Of a DNA stretch of 64,000 nucleotides, positions 1-12,627 are shown piece by piece. The notes under the pieces are model-generated. The model was not told the DNA's origin and ran no database searches. It saw nothing but the letters and a program-made list of their open reading frames with translations. How positions within the stretch are numbered: the first letter of the stretch is position 1; each line of letters opens with the position of its first letter. Both the position numbers and the translations under genes were made by a program. The stretch is from Octopus vulgaris (lineage: Eukaryota), in contig OX597817.1 of assembly GCA_951406725.2 (NCBI GenBank), forward strand, positions 88,412,001-88,476,000, written 5' to 3'.

Positions 1-499
1 AAGGTTCAAGAGAAAATTAACAGACTCTTTTATTACAAATGATAATCATTGGTGGCAAAAAAGGGGGCTAAGAAAAACTGAATGAAGTTAGTTTGGCTGT
101 CCTCTCAGATGTTTTGATGGTTTCACATGAGCATGACATCCATCAAGGTCCCCCATGCATGTTCTTAATTAAACATTTGCCATCCACTGTCCTGAAGCTA
201 GTTGTTCACAAAGGTTAAATGTTTTCTTCCCCTGTTGATTCTTCCTTCAACTAACTGCCATAAGACAATTGGCAACAAGGGTCTTCTGGGTACCTGATGC
301 AGTGACCAACAATTCACATCCTTCTCTGCTGAATCTTCTCAGTTACTTTGGGTAGATCTTGATAAAGATACTCATTGGTCAAATGAGCTCTCCATGTAAT
401 ATTCAGAGTCATTCTTAACATTCTTGTGTGACATTGTGTACTATAAGTCTTACAATATACTAAAGTGTTATAGTAATAATCAGTGTTATTATTTTGCAG

Positions 500-790
500 G
501 ACTTTTCATATGGTTATCTACCACAAACTATTTGTCTACCAGAACAGACTTACACGGCTAGAAGAGCTTACCAAGTATTTTGTCAATATCATACATATAT
601 TGATTCAATAAGTCAGTTTGTGGAGAATAACCTTAAAAATATAATTGTTATGAACTCACAAAGATACAGTGAAGACAACCAATGTCTTATAGAACAAGGA
701 GAAGATTTCAATAAACTCCGATCACTTCAAACATATTTGCTAAGTGAATCAATGCAAATGGAAATGGATAGATTTCTGGCTGACCTCTGA
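500..790 (+). CDS. Probable terminal coding exon of an unidentified gene that starts upstream of the window
   Basis: Acceptor ttattattttgcag at 486-499, then a 96-codon non-repetitive open frame (DFSYGYLPQTICLPEQTY...MDRFLADL) ending in TGA. No family recognised. Confidence 0.45.
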   Translation, partial: DFSYGYLPQTICLPEQTYTARRAYQVFCQYHTYIDSISQFVENNLKNIIVMNSQRYSEDNQCLIEQGEDFNKLRSLQTYLLSESMQMEMDRFLADL

Positions 791-864
791 CAGAATGTAA
801 CTTTGACACTGAAATATATAACTATGACCACTATATTTTTAGAAAATTTAAAAAGAACATAGAT

Positions 865-975
865 GCAGTGAGCTGGCGGCATTTCGCATCTTTACATTCG
901 GAGTTCAAAATCCACTGAGGTTGGCTTTGCCTTTCATCCTTTTGGGGTCAATAAAATAAATACCAGTTGAGTACT
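865..975 (+). mobile_element. tRNA-derived SINE family A, partial copy
   Basis: gtgagctggc...gagttcaaaatccactgaggttggctttgcctttcatcc...aaataaataccagttgag; the same sequence recurs more than 10 times in the window. Confidence 0.75.
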
Positions 976-977
976 GG

Positions 978-1310
978 TTTTAGTCAGACAAATGGACCCT
1001 AGTACTTATTCGATCAGTCTCTTTTAGAGAACTGCTAATGAGGTTGTAAACAACCAACATCAGTTATTAAGTGGTGGTGGGGCAAACACAAATACAAAGA
1101 CACACACATATACATCTTTCCTTCTATATAGACATATATGTTTGTATACAATGGGCTTCTTTCAGTTTCCATCTACAAATCCACTCACAAAACTTTGATC
1201 AGCCTAGGACTATAGCAGAAGACACTTTCCCAAGGTGCAATACAGTGAGACTGAACCAGGAACCACAGTTAGGAAGCAAGCTTCTTAGCACATGATCATG
1301 CCTGTGCCTC
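978..1310 (-). mobile_element. tRNA-derived SINE family B
   Basis: Reverse complement of the element at 35230-35640 (caccttggg..agtgtcttct..tatag...gagtggattt). Confidence 0.75.
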
Positions 1311-1354
1311 AGATCAATTTGATCCAGATGCAATATTGATTTAAAATTTAGGGA

Positions 1355-1540
1355 CAAGGTCAGTATTTTCAAGGGAGGGTGAAAGTCAATTAGATTGACC
1401 CCAGTGCTCAACTGGTACTTATTTTATCGATCCTAAAAGGATAAAAGGCACAGTCAATCTTGGCAGAATTTGAACTCAGAATTTGAAATGCTACTAAGCA
1501 TTTTTCCCAGCATGCGAATGATTCTGCCAGCTTACCCCCT
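1355..1540 (-). mobile_element. SINE family A
   Basis: Reverse complement of the copy at 11095-11310. Confidence 0.75.
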
Positions 1541-2476
1541 TAGAAACATCTGCAATATTAAACAAACTAGTGTGTAATTATTAGTCTGTGATAACAATGC
1601 TTTCTGGTAATTATCAATTTCCCCCAACATTATTGATATTCACAAGCAGTGATCTCAAATAATTAACACTAATGTGTGTGTGTGTGTGTGAGTCTATTAT
1701 TTTAACATGACACTCCCATATTGGTATCGGACTATTTGGAACATGAAATGAAGTAGAAGGAATAGGTTGGTGGTTTCCTAGACATCCCTTTGGTTACATC
1801 TTTGCAACTGGCTCAGAAGATAGACTCAGTAAATGGCAACCTGAAAATACATTACAGGGTCCTTTTGTATGCATGCAAGCTAAGTTCCACTGGTTAAAAG
1901 TGATTCAAGGCAATGAAAATGTAGATAAGAGAAAATAAGACAAGGACGTATCAAATAATAACAAATAAGAATTTATTTGAAGAAATTTCAATATTTTAAA
2001 TGTGAAAACAGAAAAATTATAAGAGTAAATTTAAATAATTTTTAGTCTTGGTAATCATTAAATTTCAATAAAAAAAATCAAAACTATTTGTTTAAAAAAT
2101 ATTTTTTTAATTGAATAAAACAAAAAACATAAGATAAAATGTTAAAGTTTATTGAGGCACCAAGTTTAGGAAATAAACACTTTGATATTTCACTGTGTTT
2201 ATTAAGAAAAAAACTTTTTTATAGAAATTTGAATTATAAAAATATTTGATAGAAAACATCTGAAGTAGATATGCTCTGACTTAAAATAAAAATACACAAA
2301 GGATAAAGAGAAAAAGAAAGTGAAAGTAGGTTTGAAACTGGAGATTTCAAACAAAAAGAGTTACAGAAAGTTTTCACCGAGAAATTAAGGAGAATGTTTT
2401 ATTCTGTATAGTTAAGATTCAACTATCATTTTGAAAGGCAAAGATAAGTGATTCTGATACTCTTTTTGTTGTTAAC

Positions 2477-2577
2477 TCTTTGTACATTTGATGTTAGACT
2501 GATACTTCCAAAATGAGGCTTTCCAAATATGGCTCTGGCCTCATAATTTCATGAGTTCTAGCAAAAATATACAAAGA
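2477..2577 (-). promoter_or_regulatory. SECIS element (type II) in the MSRB1 3' UTR
   Basis: Minus strand reads ctttgtatattt-ttgctagaactc-ATGAA-ATTATGAGGCC-AGA-G-CCA-TATT-TGG-AAA-GCCTCATTTT-GGAA-gtatcagtctaacatc-aaatgtacaaag. It has the AUGA/GA core, helix II ATGAGGC/GCCTCAT, an apical mini-stem CCA/TGG and a 12-bp basal helix with one G-U pair. It lies about 1.65 kb downstream of the stop of a gene with an in-frame TGA. Confidence 0.85.
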
Positions 2578-4200
2578 ATAAACTTCAAAATGAATATTTT
2601 GAAGGGAGATAGATAAAATCATATTTTGGTTTCTGATTAATGTCTCTTCTAGAAAAAAAAAGTAATGAAAATAAAAATGCTATTGTAGATTGTGCAGTGA
2701 GAATAAATCAATATTAATTTAAACCATAGTTATATTGAGACAGAAATACAGGTATATCTTCCTCAAGAAAAGTAATTAAATATAAACAATTCTTATAAAA
2801 ATAATTTACCTACAGATCAACATCAACACTTTTAACAGAAATTTAAGTAACATATAAATGAGTTATGTTACCTTCAATAACCATAAAAGAAATTAATGTA
2901 TAATTGAAGATATATACATACATATATAGTGCAAAAGATGATGATAATACTAACTTACTGATTTGATGTCTTAAAACATAGTTATGAGTATCTCAATGCA
3001 TACACAACATTGTTTATTTAACACAAAGGCAAGTCAGAAAATATATAAAGTCAACATTAAATCATATTGTGAAATGTGAAAATAAAGCTCCCTTTGGCAG
3101 GAATTTTACTAACTCATGAAAATTCCATGGAACTGTATGCTTTAATGAATCAAAGAATCACATAAATCAACATAAGGAAAACACTAGATTGAAAAATAAG
3201 ATAGCCTTCAATCAGAAGACTACATGGTCATTTAGGAGAGTAATAATTGTTAACTTTACATTTAAAACATAGTAGTATGTAAGAAGCCAGTTATTTGGAG
3301 ATGGTTAACATCAACCAAATACTATTGTGAGATATTGGATGAAAAAGAAAAAAATTAACAAGAATAGAGAAACACTGGTCAGTCACTATTCAATGACACC
3401 TGTTTAGATGATATGAAGTTGAAGAATAAAACATCATCAGTTTTCTGCACCTAAGAGTGAGGAAGAACAACACAGATATGCCATGTATAATAGGATATGT
3501 AGAAGATATATTTTATGCTGTTTTTCAAGTTTTAGATATTCTTTTATGAAACACAAAGCTGCCATTTTATATCATAGGATTCTGAAAGACACATATTATA
3601 TATATTTCTAACAGCAATAAAACATTGATAAACCCATGTAAACATACACATAAAAGTGGATTAAAATAAAAACAAGTCTCAGTTCTTTAAAACATAATTT
3701 CAACTACAGCAATCTCTGCAAGAAATCTTGGAAGTTCATCTTCTGTTTAAGGATATACCATTTTGTTTATTAGTTACAAATTCTGGTCCAACTAATTTAA
3801 TCTGTACACAAAATCAATACATTTGGGTTATTTTCTTCATTTAAAATTTTAAAAATAACATTACATAATAATTCAATTAATAACTAGTATGATAAGTGTG
3901 GTCATTACTCTGGGAGACACTCTCATTCATTCTAAAAAAAATATGAAAAAAAAAAACAGCTCCATAGCAGTGCTATAATTCTATCCTAATGACAATGCTA
4001 GATTTTCAAGTTTGTTCCAAAATGAAAAACTAGCATAAATTTATGAAAATTAATAAGATTGTATAAATTACTCTTTTAATAAGCTGTTACAAGAACATAT
4101 GAAGAAAAGTGAAGAGGTTAAAGAATTGTAAGCAACTCAATTTCAGAATACTCAAAATATATTTGAAGTTCAATCTCTCTTCCTTTCATAAATTAGTGCC

Positions 4201-4323
4201 CTAAGACTTTCTAGGAACAAATTTCAGGGCACTACTAAATATTCAGTATCGATTTTTACCAAGCTGAGGTCCGTCATTCAAGAATTCATGTCCAAGACTA
4301 TTGCCACATTTTGCACAGGAAAT
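4201..4323 (-). CDS. MSRB1: MSRB1 coding exon 3 (last), containing the selenocysteine TGA at 4243-4245
   Basis: Polypyrimidine tract and ttggtag acceptor, phase 0. Translates [26 protein letters not shown](TGA=U)IFSSALKFVPRKS-TAG, matching recalled vertebrate [38 protein letters not shown] on both sides of the TGA. Confidence 0.95.
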
Positions 4324-4793
4324 CTACCAAATAAAAAAAAGGAGAAAGGAGATAAATTAAAACAAAAATACTTCAAAAATAACTAAAATTATCTTGAAAA
4401 GTAAACTCTTTTAGATACACCCCAACACAAAATTCAACACTGTTTACCCACATTGAAATATCTGGTAAGTTTTCAAGACAACTCATTCTTTAAAAGAATT
4501 TTAAGGCTTACAAATTTGAACATGAGCCACTAATATGGTAACAAATTGCATTAGGAAAGGCATCCAGCTGTAGAAACCATGCCAAATAGGCTCTAGAACA
4601 TGATGCAGTCCTTGGGCCCAATGGATCTTGTCAAATACTGTCAAACCATGTTAGCTTGATAAATGAATGTTTAATGATTATTTGTTATTTCATAAATAGC
4701 TCAATACTTGATTTCCTTAAAAGAAAAAAAAAAATCAACAGAATCCCAACAATTCCAAAATCATGTCAATCAAACTATCAAATTATGTTGTAC

Positions 4794-5000
4794 TGGTGAG
4801 CTGGCAGAATTGTTGGCACACTGGATAAAATGCGTTGTGGTATTTTGGCCGTCTTCACATTCTGAGTTCAAATTCTGCTGAGGCTGACTTTGCCTTTCAT
4901 CGTTTTGGAGTCGATAAGTACCAGTTGAGTACTGGGGTCAATGTAATTGACTATGCCTCTCCCCCAAATTTCAGGCCTTATGCCTATAGTAGGGAGGATT
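4794..5000 (+). mobile_element. SINE family A
   Basis: ggtgagctggcagaattgttggcac...ttctgagttcaaattctgctgagg...cctttcatc. Confidence 0.75.
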
Positions 5001-5457
5001 ATTCCTTTACAAGACCATTCATATTTCATTCATATTTCTATACAGAGAATTTGTCACATCTTTAACAATTAAGAATCTTTTAGTTAGATTTTAACTGAGA
5101 TGCTCTCTCTCTCAAAGGATGGAAAGTTAACACCTTTTGGTTTCATTTCAGTTTTCAATCCTTATTATGTATTCTTCAATCTTAGTCACTTTTCTTCTCT
5201 TTTCTTTCCTCTTCTACTCCAGTAAAATAGTGTGGCTATCTATTTCAAAAATAATTTAATATACATGTGTATGTGAGTGTATCTAATCAGATTAACACTC
5301 ACCCATTTACTCTCATTAAACCATTAAAATAAATTTAAAAGACACAGATACGAAATATAAATATATATATACCAGACAACACATTTACCTGCAAGATCTG
5401 TATTTGATGGCTTCTTTATTGCTTATGCAATAAACACACACACACAATATATATATA

Positions 5458-6405
5458 CTAGCTTAAGGTGACCCACTCTACATGCGGGTAAGAGTGTGGT
5501 TGTTACTTTCTGTTGCTTCCTTTCTGTTTTTTATCACCACATTCTCCTTCTTTGTTTCTCTCCTTTCTCTCTCACTTTCTCACTCTCTTACTCTTCCTTT
5601 CTCTTGGACTCTCCCTCGCTGTCTCTTACTCTCTATCTTTCTCTATCTATCTCTCTCCCATTTATAAACAACAAAAGATCTTGAGTAAGTTGAGAAATAA
5701 AATATTTTGAAAGATCAATCATAAATATCAGGCAATGACAATGGAAAGGTCTGCTTCAAGGCAGACAGCAAAACACTAACATTTAAAAGGGACAGACGAA
5801 CTTGCTAGCTGAAAAAAAAATATTGGAAACCAAAGTTTGAAGGGATAGAATCTGAGGATAGTAGAGTCACCATGGCTGGCATTTCTTAACGATGGACAGC
5901 AACGTTTTGACAGTTTAACGGCTGGCGTAAAATTTTGAACTTGATGTGAAAGAAAATCCCTAAACATCAAGTTTTGAAGTGATTCTTTCTCACGACAGTA
6001 GACTCACCATGGCAAGCATTCAAAACTTCTTCATCATGGACGGCAACACATTGACGATTAAAAGGCTGGCGCAAATTTTTTTAGTTTGATGTAACAGAGA
6101 ATTCCTAAACACCCACTCCTTTAAATTTTAATCCCCTTCCAGCCCCATTTAGACCCCTTTTCACATTTTGGTTAATATAACCCGATTTCATTCGGGTCTA
6201 CTGGGGCCACATTTTATAAGATGAGGAATTTTGTCCTAGAGGTCACGCCTTTCATTTGAGGAAAAAAATAGTTGCCATGCGAACTCGCCAGCACTTTTAA
6301 CATAGGTGTGCATATTTTCAGCTCAACCGACTACATAATGCACACATTATATATATGTGTGTGTGTACGCATTATATATACAAATTATATATATATAATA
6401 ATAAT

Positions 6406-6437
<32 letters not shown>

Positions 6438-7050
6438 CAATTCAAAATGAACAATTTTGAATTGATAAAAGGTGTTTTTTTTCTAATTTTATATATATAT
6501 ATATATATAAATACATATATATACACTTTGTATATATACATTATATATACATATTTATATATAGAACACACACACACATACACATATATAAATTAACCCA
6601 ATAAATATCTGATTCATAATATTTGTTCTCATGATTGTGTGGTGGTGGTGGCGATAATAAAACTCTATGAGACAGACATACAGAAAGAGAGAGTGGGAGG
6701 CAGTGGTAGAAAGTGTGACAGCGCTGGCGAAGGTGATGGGGGAAAAGATAGTAGTATCTGTCAAACGTCATTATAGAGAGAAAGTGATGGGAAGGGAGGA
6801 AACAGAGAGAGACGGAGGAAGACATGCAGATAAGAGAATGAGAGTAGACTTGTCAAAGTGTGCGTTTTTTGCCCTAGCAACGACACCTTTTAAGATAGGG
6901 ATTTCTAACCTTGCCCACTCACATCCTCATCTCATTTTACATGTCCCTGTAAATTTTGGAGTCAATCCAACGGGATCTAGTGGCCTTTAACCCGTTCTAA
7001 TGCCAAAACCAGACAAACAAATTTTTTGCATTTCAGAATTATAATATATA
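5458..7050 (-). mobile_element. Non-autonomous Helitron-like element, followed by the 3' end of a second copy starting at 7051
   Basis: CTAG terminus with subterminal hairpin (ctagcttaaggtgacccactctacatgcggg) at 5458, repeated at 7051; internal microsatellites and an internal duplication (about 5860-5970 vs 6000-6110). No clear TC at the 5' end. Confidence 0.6.
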
Positions 7051-7791
7051 CTAGCTTAAGGTGAGCCGCTCTACGTGCGGGTAGGAGTACTTTAGTACAA
7101 CTGGATTTGGCAATAGGTCTAGAAAAAGAATAGTACTTATGATTTTGTAAATAGTGCTAATTAATACTTATCCAAAATATGCCCATAAAGTTGTTACATT
7201 AGTGTACTTACTGATATACTTTAAAGACCAACCGCCTGTTGTCTGTAATATATATATATACTGTGAAAAACCAATGTAATTTGCGCACTTGTGTAATTTA
7301 TGCACATGGTTTACAGGATAAAAATTTTTAAAAAAGCTTCTACTCATTTAAAATTTGCACCCAAAAGTTTTCATAATTGCCAGTATGGCCAGGAGAAAAA
7401 AGTCTTCACTTTAGTTGTAATTAGCATAATTTCACTTACTTATGATTAGATTTTATTAAATTTTCATTAAATAAAAATAATTTCTGTTTAACAGTTATCA
7501 CATTGAAAGCTATTAAATTATGAAGTGTTTGTGTTTATAATAAACATTGTTTTACATTTCTTGCTCACAAGAAATTATGTCTGATCTTTAGCATACTTCT
7601 GTATGTCTTCTCAAATCACGATCACCAGAAAAGTTGTTGATAATTCTTATCAACAAAAACAAAGCTGATAAATATGCTCAAGAGTTGCAAAATAATTTTA
7701 ATTACCAATAAACATCAGTTTGGATGACAGTTTACTCAATCGACAGGGGAAGATGACCGATTAAACTGATTATGTAAACAGAATTCTGATT

Positions 7792-8311
7792 AGAAAACTA
7801 CTCATTTTAAATCTCACAACAAGAGATATTCAGCAACAGTACTTTGTAGTACAGATTGTTTGCCAACATAACATGGCAGTCCTGGTTTAGGACGAATGTT
7901 GCTGTAATTTAGCCCCTGGAGACATCGTCTCCAGCTAGCTATATGACATGATCTGTATTCTTATATTTTTGAACAAGGGAATCTCGTTGTGAGATTTAAA
8001 AATAGTAATTTTGTAATTTATAGATCAGTGACTAGTTGTCACATTGAAAACTATATATTTCGAATGGGAATTTGGCAGCACCACCTCTAACCAAACAATT
8101 ATTCTGTGCTGATGAAGGGAAACAACCTGGAAATCGCAATACACAGATATTGTTTTGGGCTGAGTGGGGGTGCTAGATTCCCTTGTTCAAAAATATAAGG
8201 ACACAGGTCATGTTGTATAGACAGCTGGAGACGATGTCTCATGGGGCTAAATTACAGCAACATTCGTCCTAAACCAGGACTGCCATGTTATGTTGGCAAA
8301 CAATCTTTACT
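7792..8311. mobile_element. Penelope-type inverted-repeat element with a central hammerhead motif
   Basis: Inverted arms of about 135 bp (7852-7984 vs 8175-8306); 14-bp direct repeat acagaattctgatt on both flanks; CTGATGA...GAAA motif at 8103-8147. Confidence 0.65.
8103..8147 (+). ncRNA. Minimal type I hammerhead ribozyme motif with imperfect stem II
   Basis: tctgtg-CTGATGA-agggaaacaacctg-GAAA-tcgcaa-TA-cacaga; stem I tctgtg/cacaga. Confidence 0.55.
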
Positions 8312-10084
8312 ACAGAATTCTGATTGGTTGAAAGTGTCTTCTTGTCTCAACCTCTGATTTTCAACCTATTCTTGTCAGAACCTTTGATACAGAGTATTGA
8401 AACTTGAATCCCTTTCATACTTATAAAATGTCAAGCAAACTGAAAAATTTGTCATTACCATTTTACCTGGGAGACCAAGTTTGGTAACCCGTTAAAATAA
8501 ACATTAAAAATTGAAAGGAGAAAATAAACAGCTTTGCAAGTTTAATTCAGTGTTTCTTCAACAAGAGAGGTGCGAAATTTAAGAAGCGACTTGTTAGAAT
8601 ATACACATCTATATAGCAAAAGAACCAGTAATACATACATTACAAGTGTTCTGTGAAGAGAACATAAGATTGCTGTGTAATTCAACATGAATGTAAAATG
8701 ACATTAAACATCATATAGGGTAAATGAAGGTTTCTGTAGGAACGCTAAGTCATATTCACTTACTGAATTTATATGCACAAGGATGAATTATGATCTTGTC
8801 GTCGGTGTCAGATGCAGTGAGAGCTGGTAGCAGCAATATCAGTGGTGATGAATTTCATTGTCCTAATATGGAGAAAGCAAGCAATAGCTTCCTGGAGGCA
8901 AACACAAGCTAGACTTCTTAAGTGGAGAAAAACTGATCTATTTAAGGAAATTGCTGGGCTCCATTGCAGTAGGTAGAAACTCCAAGCAATGTAAAATATG
9001 ACCCAGACTGTGATTACCAGCATGAACGTCAAACTTCAAAAAGTAGTTATCTATTTAATGGTTTTAGTAAATTTATACAGGAAAAGTAAGCATTATACTA
9101 TCCATCATAAATAAAAGTCAACATCATTATATTTAAGCCATTATTTTTTCGGTAAAAACCTATTCTGACATTAAATGAGTCAACTTATGGTATGAATGTT
9201 TACATTTATATGTCATTTTCCAACAAAAGAATTTCTAAAAAAATTTTGGAAACAATCTACTCATGTAATTTATGCAACCACTAAAGTTTATTTTCGTTTT
9301 TGTGAAAAAAGAGCATAAATTACATGGGTTTTTATGGTATATATATATATATATATTTCTCTTTTCTTCAGACTTAATGAAGATGGGAGGAAGTGCTTAT
9401 AACTTTTGAAATTCCTTCTAAAGACTGGTGATAATGATATGGCTGATGTTCCGTGTGAATACCAGCAGGAAAACCATAGGTAGGAAGGAAGGTGAAAATA
9501 GCGAGAAGGAAAGACTGGACATGGTAGTTAATGCAGGACATTGGTGGGTTTCAGATACTATATCAATGACAAGATGTGGAGAGACAGGGAAAAGTTGTCT
9601 GGTGGGTCTAGATGGAGATAGCATGAAGTTAGCTAGCTCTGAGGAATTGAGCTTTGGACTTTCTTACACATAATAGAGGGTGTGTGTGGAGATGTGTGTG
9701 TGTGTGTGTGTATACGCGTGTGTGTGCACGTGTGCTTATATAGATTTCAATGCATTTTGTTAACATAAATTTAATGACTATGAAAATATGGATGATTACA
9801 CAAGTACACACATTCTCAAGGTGTTTTTATCATTTACTATGCTTACTAATGTTAACAACACTTCTTTCTCAATAAGTAACAAACAGAATGCAATAGATTT
9901 TGAATAATGAATGATCTTGATTCCTTAGTATAGATTAAGAAGAAATAAAATATTTAAATCAAGTTAAAAGCCAATATTCCCTTTAGTTAGAAAATCTCTA
10001 TGAGATGAAAGTAGAAACTAACCTGAGAAGTAGTCCTGTATGAACTGATGTTACTACCATTTTTAACATCCAAGAGGATGCTTC

Positions 10085-10225
10085 TAGCTAATGCAACTGC
10101 ACCCAATATATTTTGCAAGCAGGGGAGCAAATACCTACCATCTATTAACCCCTATCAACCAGGTGGTCCTGTTGACTCGCTAGTAGATGGCAGGGGTTTG
10201 CTCCTTTGCTTGCAATGTATATAGG
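10085..10225. repeat. Imperfect palindrome, MITE-like hairpin
   Basis: gcaagcaggggagcaaatacctaccatcta pairs with tagatggcaggggtttgctcctttgcttgc. Confidence 0.55.
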
Positions 10226-10584
10226 ACACAGATTACATTGATAACCAGCTAGAGGAAGTTAAAAATGGTAACAATGCCAGTTCATAAGGAAGACCCATGT
10301 TGAAGAGGCAACAAATATTACTTCTCAATATTCCTTTTATTTTCTGGAGTAGAAGAAATTTCTTAATCTCAGTTACCCAATTTCCATATTGTATAAGTGA
10401 CTGAGATTCCAATATTCTCCCTGAACAGGACACCAGTCTGTCATTTGCAGCTGAGTGGATTAGAGCTACACAAAAATGAAGTGTTTTGCTCAAGAAAACA
10501 ATGCACTATCTGGTTTGAGAATCAAAACCATGATCTTGTGATCATAAATGCAATACGCTAATCACTAGGTCACATGACTTCACA

Positions 10585-10760
10585 ATCATCATCATCCTTT
10601 AATGTCTGTTTTCCATGCTGGCATGGGTTGGACGGTTTGACTGGAACTGGTAAGCCAGAGAGCTGCACCAGGCTCCAGTTTGATTTGGCATAGTTTCTAC
10701 AGCTAGATGCCCTTCCTAACGCTAACCACTCTGAGTGTAATGGGTGCTTTTTACGTGCCA
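10585..10760 (-). mobile_element. Short retroposon family C with (ATG)n tail; other copies near 4545-4680, 31835-32110, 33395-33560, 45060-45370 and 46800-47105
   Basis: Shared gagtggttggcgttaggaagggcatccagctgtagaaac...atgccagcatggaaa...atgatgatg. Confidence 0.7.
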
Positions 10761-10841
10761 TTTACATGACACCAGTAATAGCCACAACTAAAGAAATAAA
10801 TTTAAAAAAAAAACAAAGAAACATTAGAAATAATAAATTAC

Positions 10842-10984
10842 TTTGATTGCAGAAGGAGATTCTTGATATCTGCTGACAAGATCTGGATGAATTAAACTGA
10901 AAAAAGCTGGCCACGGAGAAGTGTGTTCATACTTTTTCAAACTGTCAAACAAAGGAGTGTTGCATTCAGCACAGTTGTATGTAC
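10842..10984 (-). CDS. MSRB1: MSRB1 coding exon 2
   Basis: tttcgtag acceptor, gtaatt donor, 143 nt, phase 1 to 0. (G)TYNCAECNTPLFDSLKKYEHTSPWPAFFSLIHPDLVSRYQESPSAIK carries the first CxxC zinc motif and the MsrB1 SPWPAF signature. Confidence 0.95.
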
Positions 10985-11094
10985 CTACGAAATGAAAGAA
11001 GAAAGCAATGAAATAAATAGCATAAATATTCTAATATCTCAAGTACTTAGGGTATTCTAGACTATTAACAGCATTGTTATATTACTATTAATTA

Positions 11095-11585
11095 GGGTGG
11101 CAAGCTGACAGAATCATTAGTACACTGGGCAAAATGCTTAGCGGCATTTTGTCCGACTTTATGTTCTGAGTTCAAATTTTGCTGAGGTCAACTTTGCCTT
11201 TCATCTTTCAGAGTCAATAAAATAAGTACCAGTTGAGCATTGGGGTGGATGTAATTGACTTACCTCCTCCCTGAACTTGCTGGCCTTGTGTCAAAATTTG
11301 AAATCAATATTATTATCAATTAGGGCAGCAAACTCATGGAATTGTTAGCACATTAGGCAAAATGCTTAGCGGCATTTTGTCTGCCTTTATGTTCTGAGTT
11401 CAAATTCCTCTGCGGTTGACTTTGCCTTTCATCCTTTTGGGATTGATAAAATAAGTAGTAGTTGAGCACTGGGGTTGATGTGATCAACTTATCCCTTCCC
11501 GAACTTGCTGGCCTTGTGCCAAAATTTGAAAGCACTATTACTATTAATTAGGGTAGTAAACTCACAGAATTGTTAGCACACTGGG
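11095..11585 (+). mobile_element. Tandem SINE family A copies (two full plus the start of a third)
   Basis: Near-identical units at 11095-11310, 11323-11535 and from about 11550. Confidence 0.75.
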
Positions 11586-11591
11586 TAAAAT

Positions 11592-11745
11592 ACTACTAAT
11601 TTCAGTACATTGGTCATAGTAAAAATAGGAGAGTCTTCCCTTTCCTAAGTTTGTCTCCAAGTTATATACCAATTGCTCTCAAATCAAAGTGATTTATTAA
11701 AGATGCTGAGAACTTCATTGCAGGGAAAAATTGCCATTTACTCTC
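11592..11745 (+). repeat. Fragment of the Gypsy-like element found at 47400-48960
   Basis: High similarity to 48412-48560 (tttcagtacattgg.catagtaaaa.t...accaattgctctcaaatcaaagt). Confidence 0.65.
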
Positions 11746-12627
11746 AGACACATAACTCTACAGCAACAAATACTACAACCCATGAACATTTCTGCATTTC
11801 AAGTGCTTTTCCCATGGAAATTCATTGCTCTTCTGGGTAACGATACCTCCTGGACTTACATAAACAATTAGTCATTCAAACAACAAATTGCGTGCCTAAA
11901 CACTACTCAATAAATAACAAGCCGTAACCACATTGCATAGAACCAGATAAATGATAAATATTTAATTCAGGTATTAGAAGCCAACTGATATTAATAGCTC
12001 AAAAGTATAATAATAGGAAAATAAGAAAAAAAATTGTTTCGAAATTCTAATAGAGCAATAATTCTGTTTTCTTGGCAACTTTATGTTCAATCAACAGCTG
12101 TTAAATATAGCATGCTTTTCCCTAAATGTATCTTTGTGCTTGTGCATGTGTAATAATATCCATTAATAATTAGTCATTCATGGAAACATAATGGATTAAT
12201 TTTAAAGTTGTTAAAACACACACACACACACATACATACATACATAATGAACACATGAGACACAAAGACCTTAAACTTCCAAGATACAACAGCAAGTGTC
12301 AATCAAATTATTCCTCTGTAGAGGACATAACACATGTAATTAACAGCTGTCCCAAAAAGGTCATTGAGATACTACCTCCCACTGTGACATGATGTTGCAG
12401 AAAAGACTTCCTGGAGATAAATATTAAAAAGATACTTGTGGAATTCTGCTTTATGCATGCCATATAACCCCCTCATAACTTTTTTATTTTTTGGGAATTT
12501 TCAGAAAATTTTTGTATATTTGTGTTCTACACAGGAGAATTCATTCGACTATGGAAAAAAAAAAAGAATACTTTGTATGTACAACATCTTCATGTTTTTT
12601 CTTGTCCTTTTTTCTCCTTTTTTTAAT

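Larger units (their letters stand above)
7259..9340. mobile_element. Old non-autonomous Tc1/mariner-pogo-type DNA transposon with a nested insertion
   Basis: Imperfect TIRs tactgtgaaaaaccaatgtaattt / aaattacatgggtttttatggta, flanked by TA microsatellites. Confidence 0.55.

Noticed and set aside
788-790. TGA ending the 500-790 exon as a second selenocysteine codon
   Set aside because: No recognisable selenoprotein motif, only a short AT-rich extension, and no plus-strand SECIS seen.
4140-4190. ATGA just after the MSRB1 stop as a SECIS core (also candidates near 3115, 3435 and 3738)
   Set aside because: No complementary helix II or opposing GA; only 2506-2552 fits the geometry.
9418-9673. ORFs on both strands in the intron between MSRB1 coding exons 2 and 3
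   Set aside because: No homology recognised, no splice sites that fit the MSRB1 frame, and the protein is complete without them.
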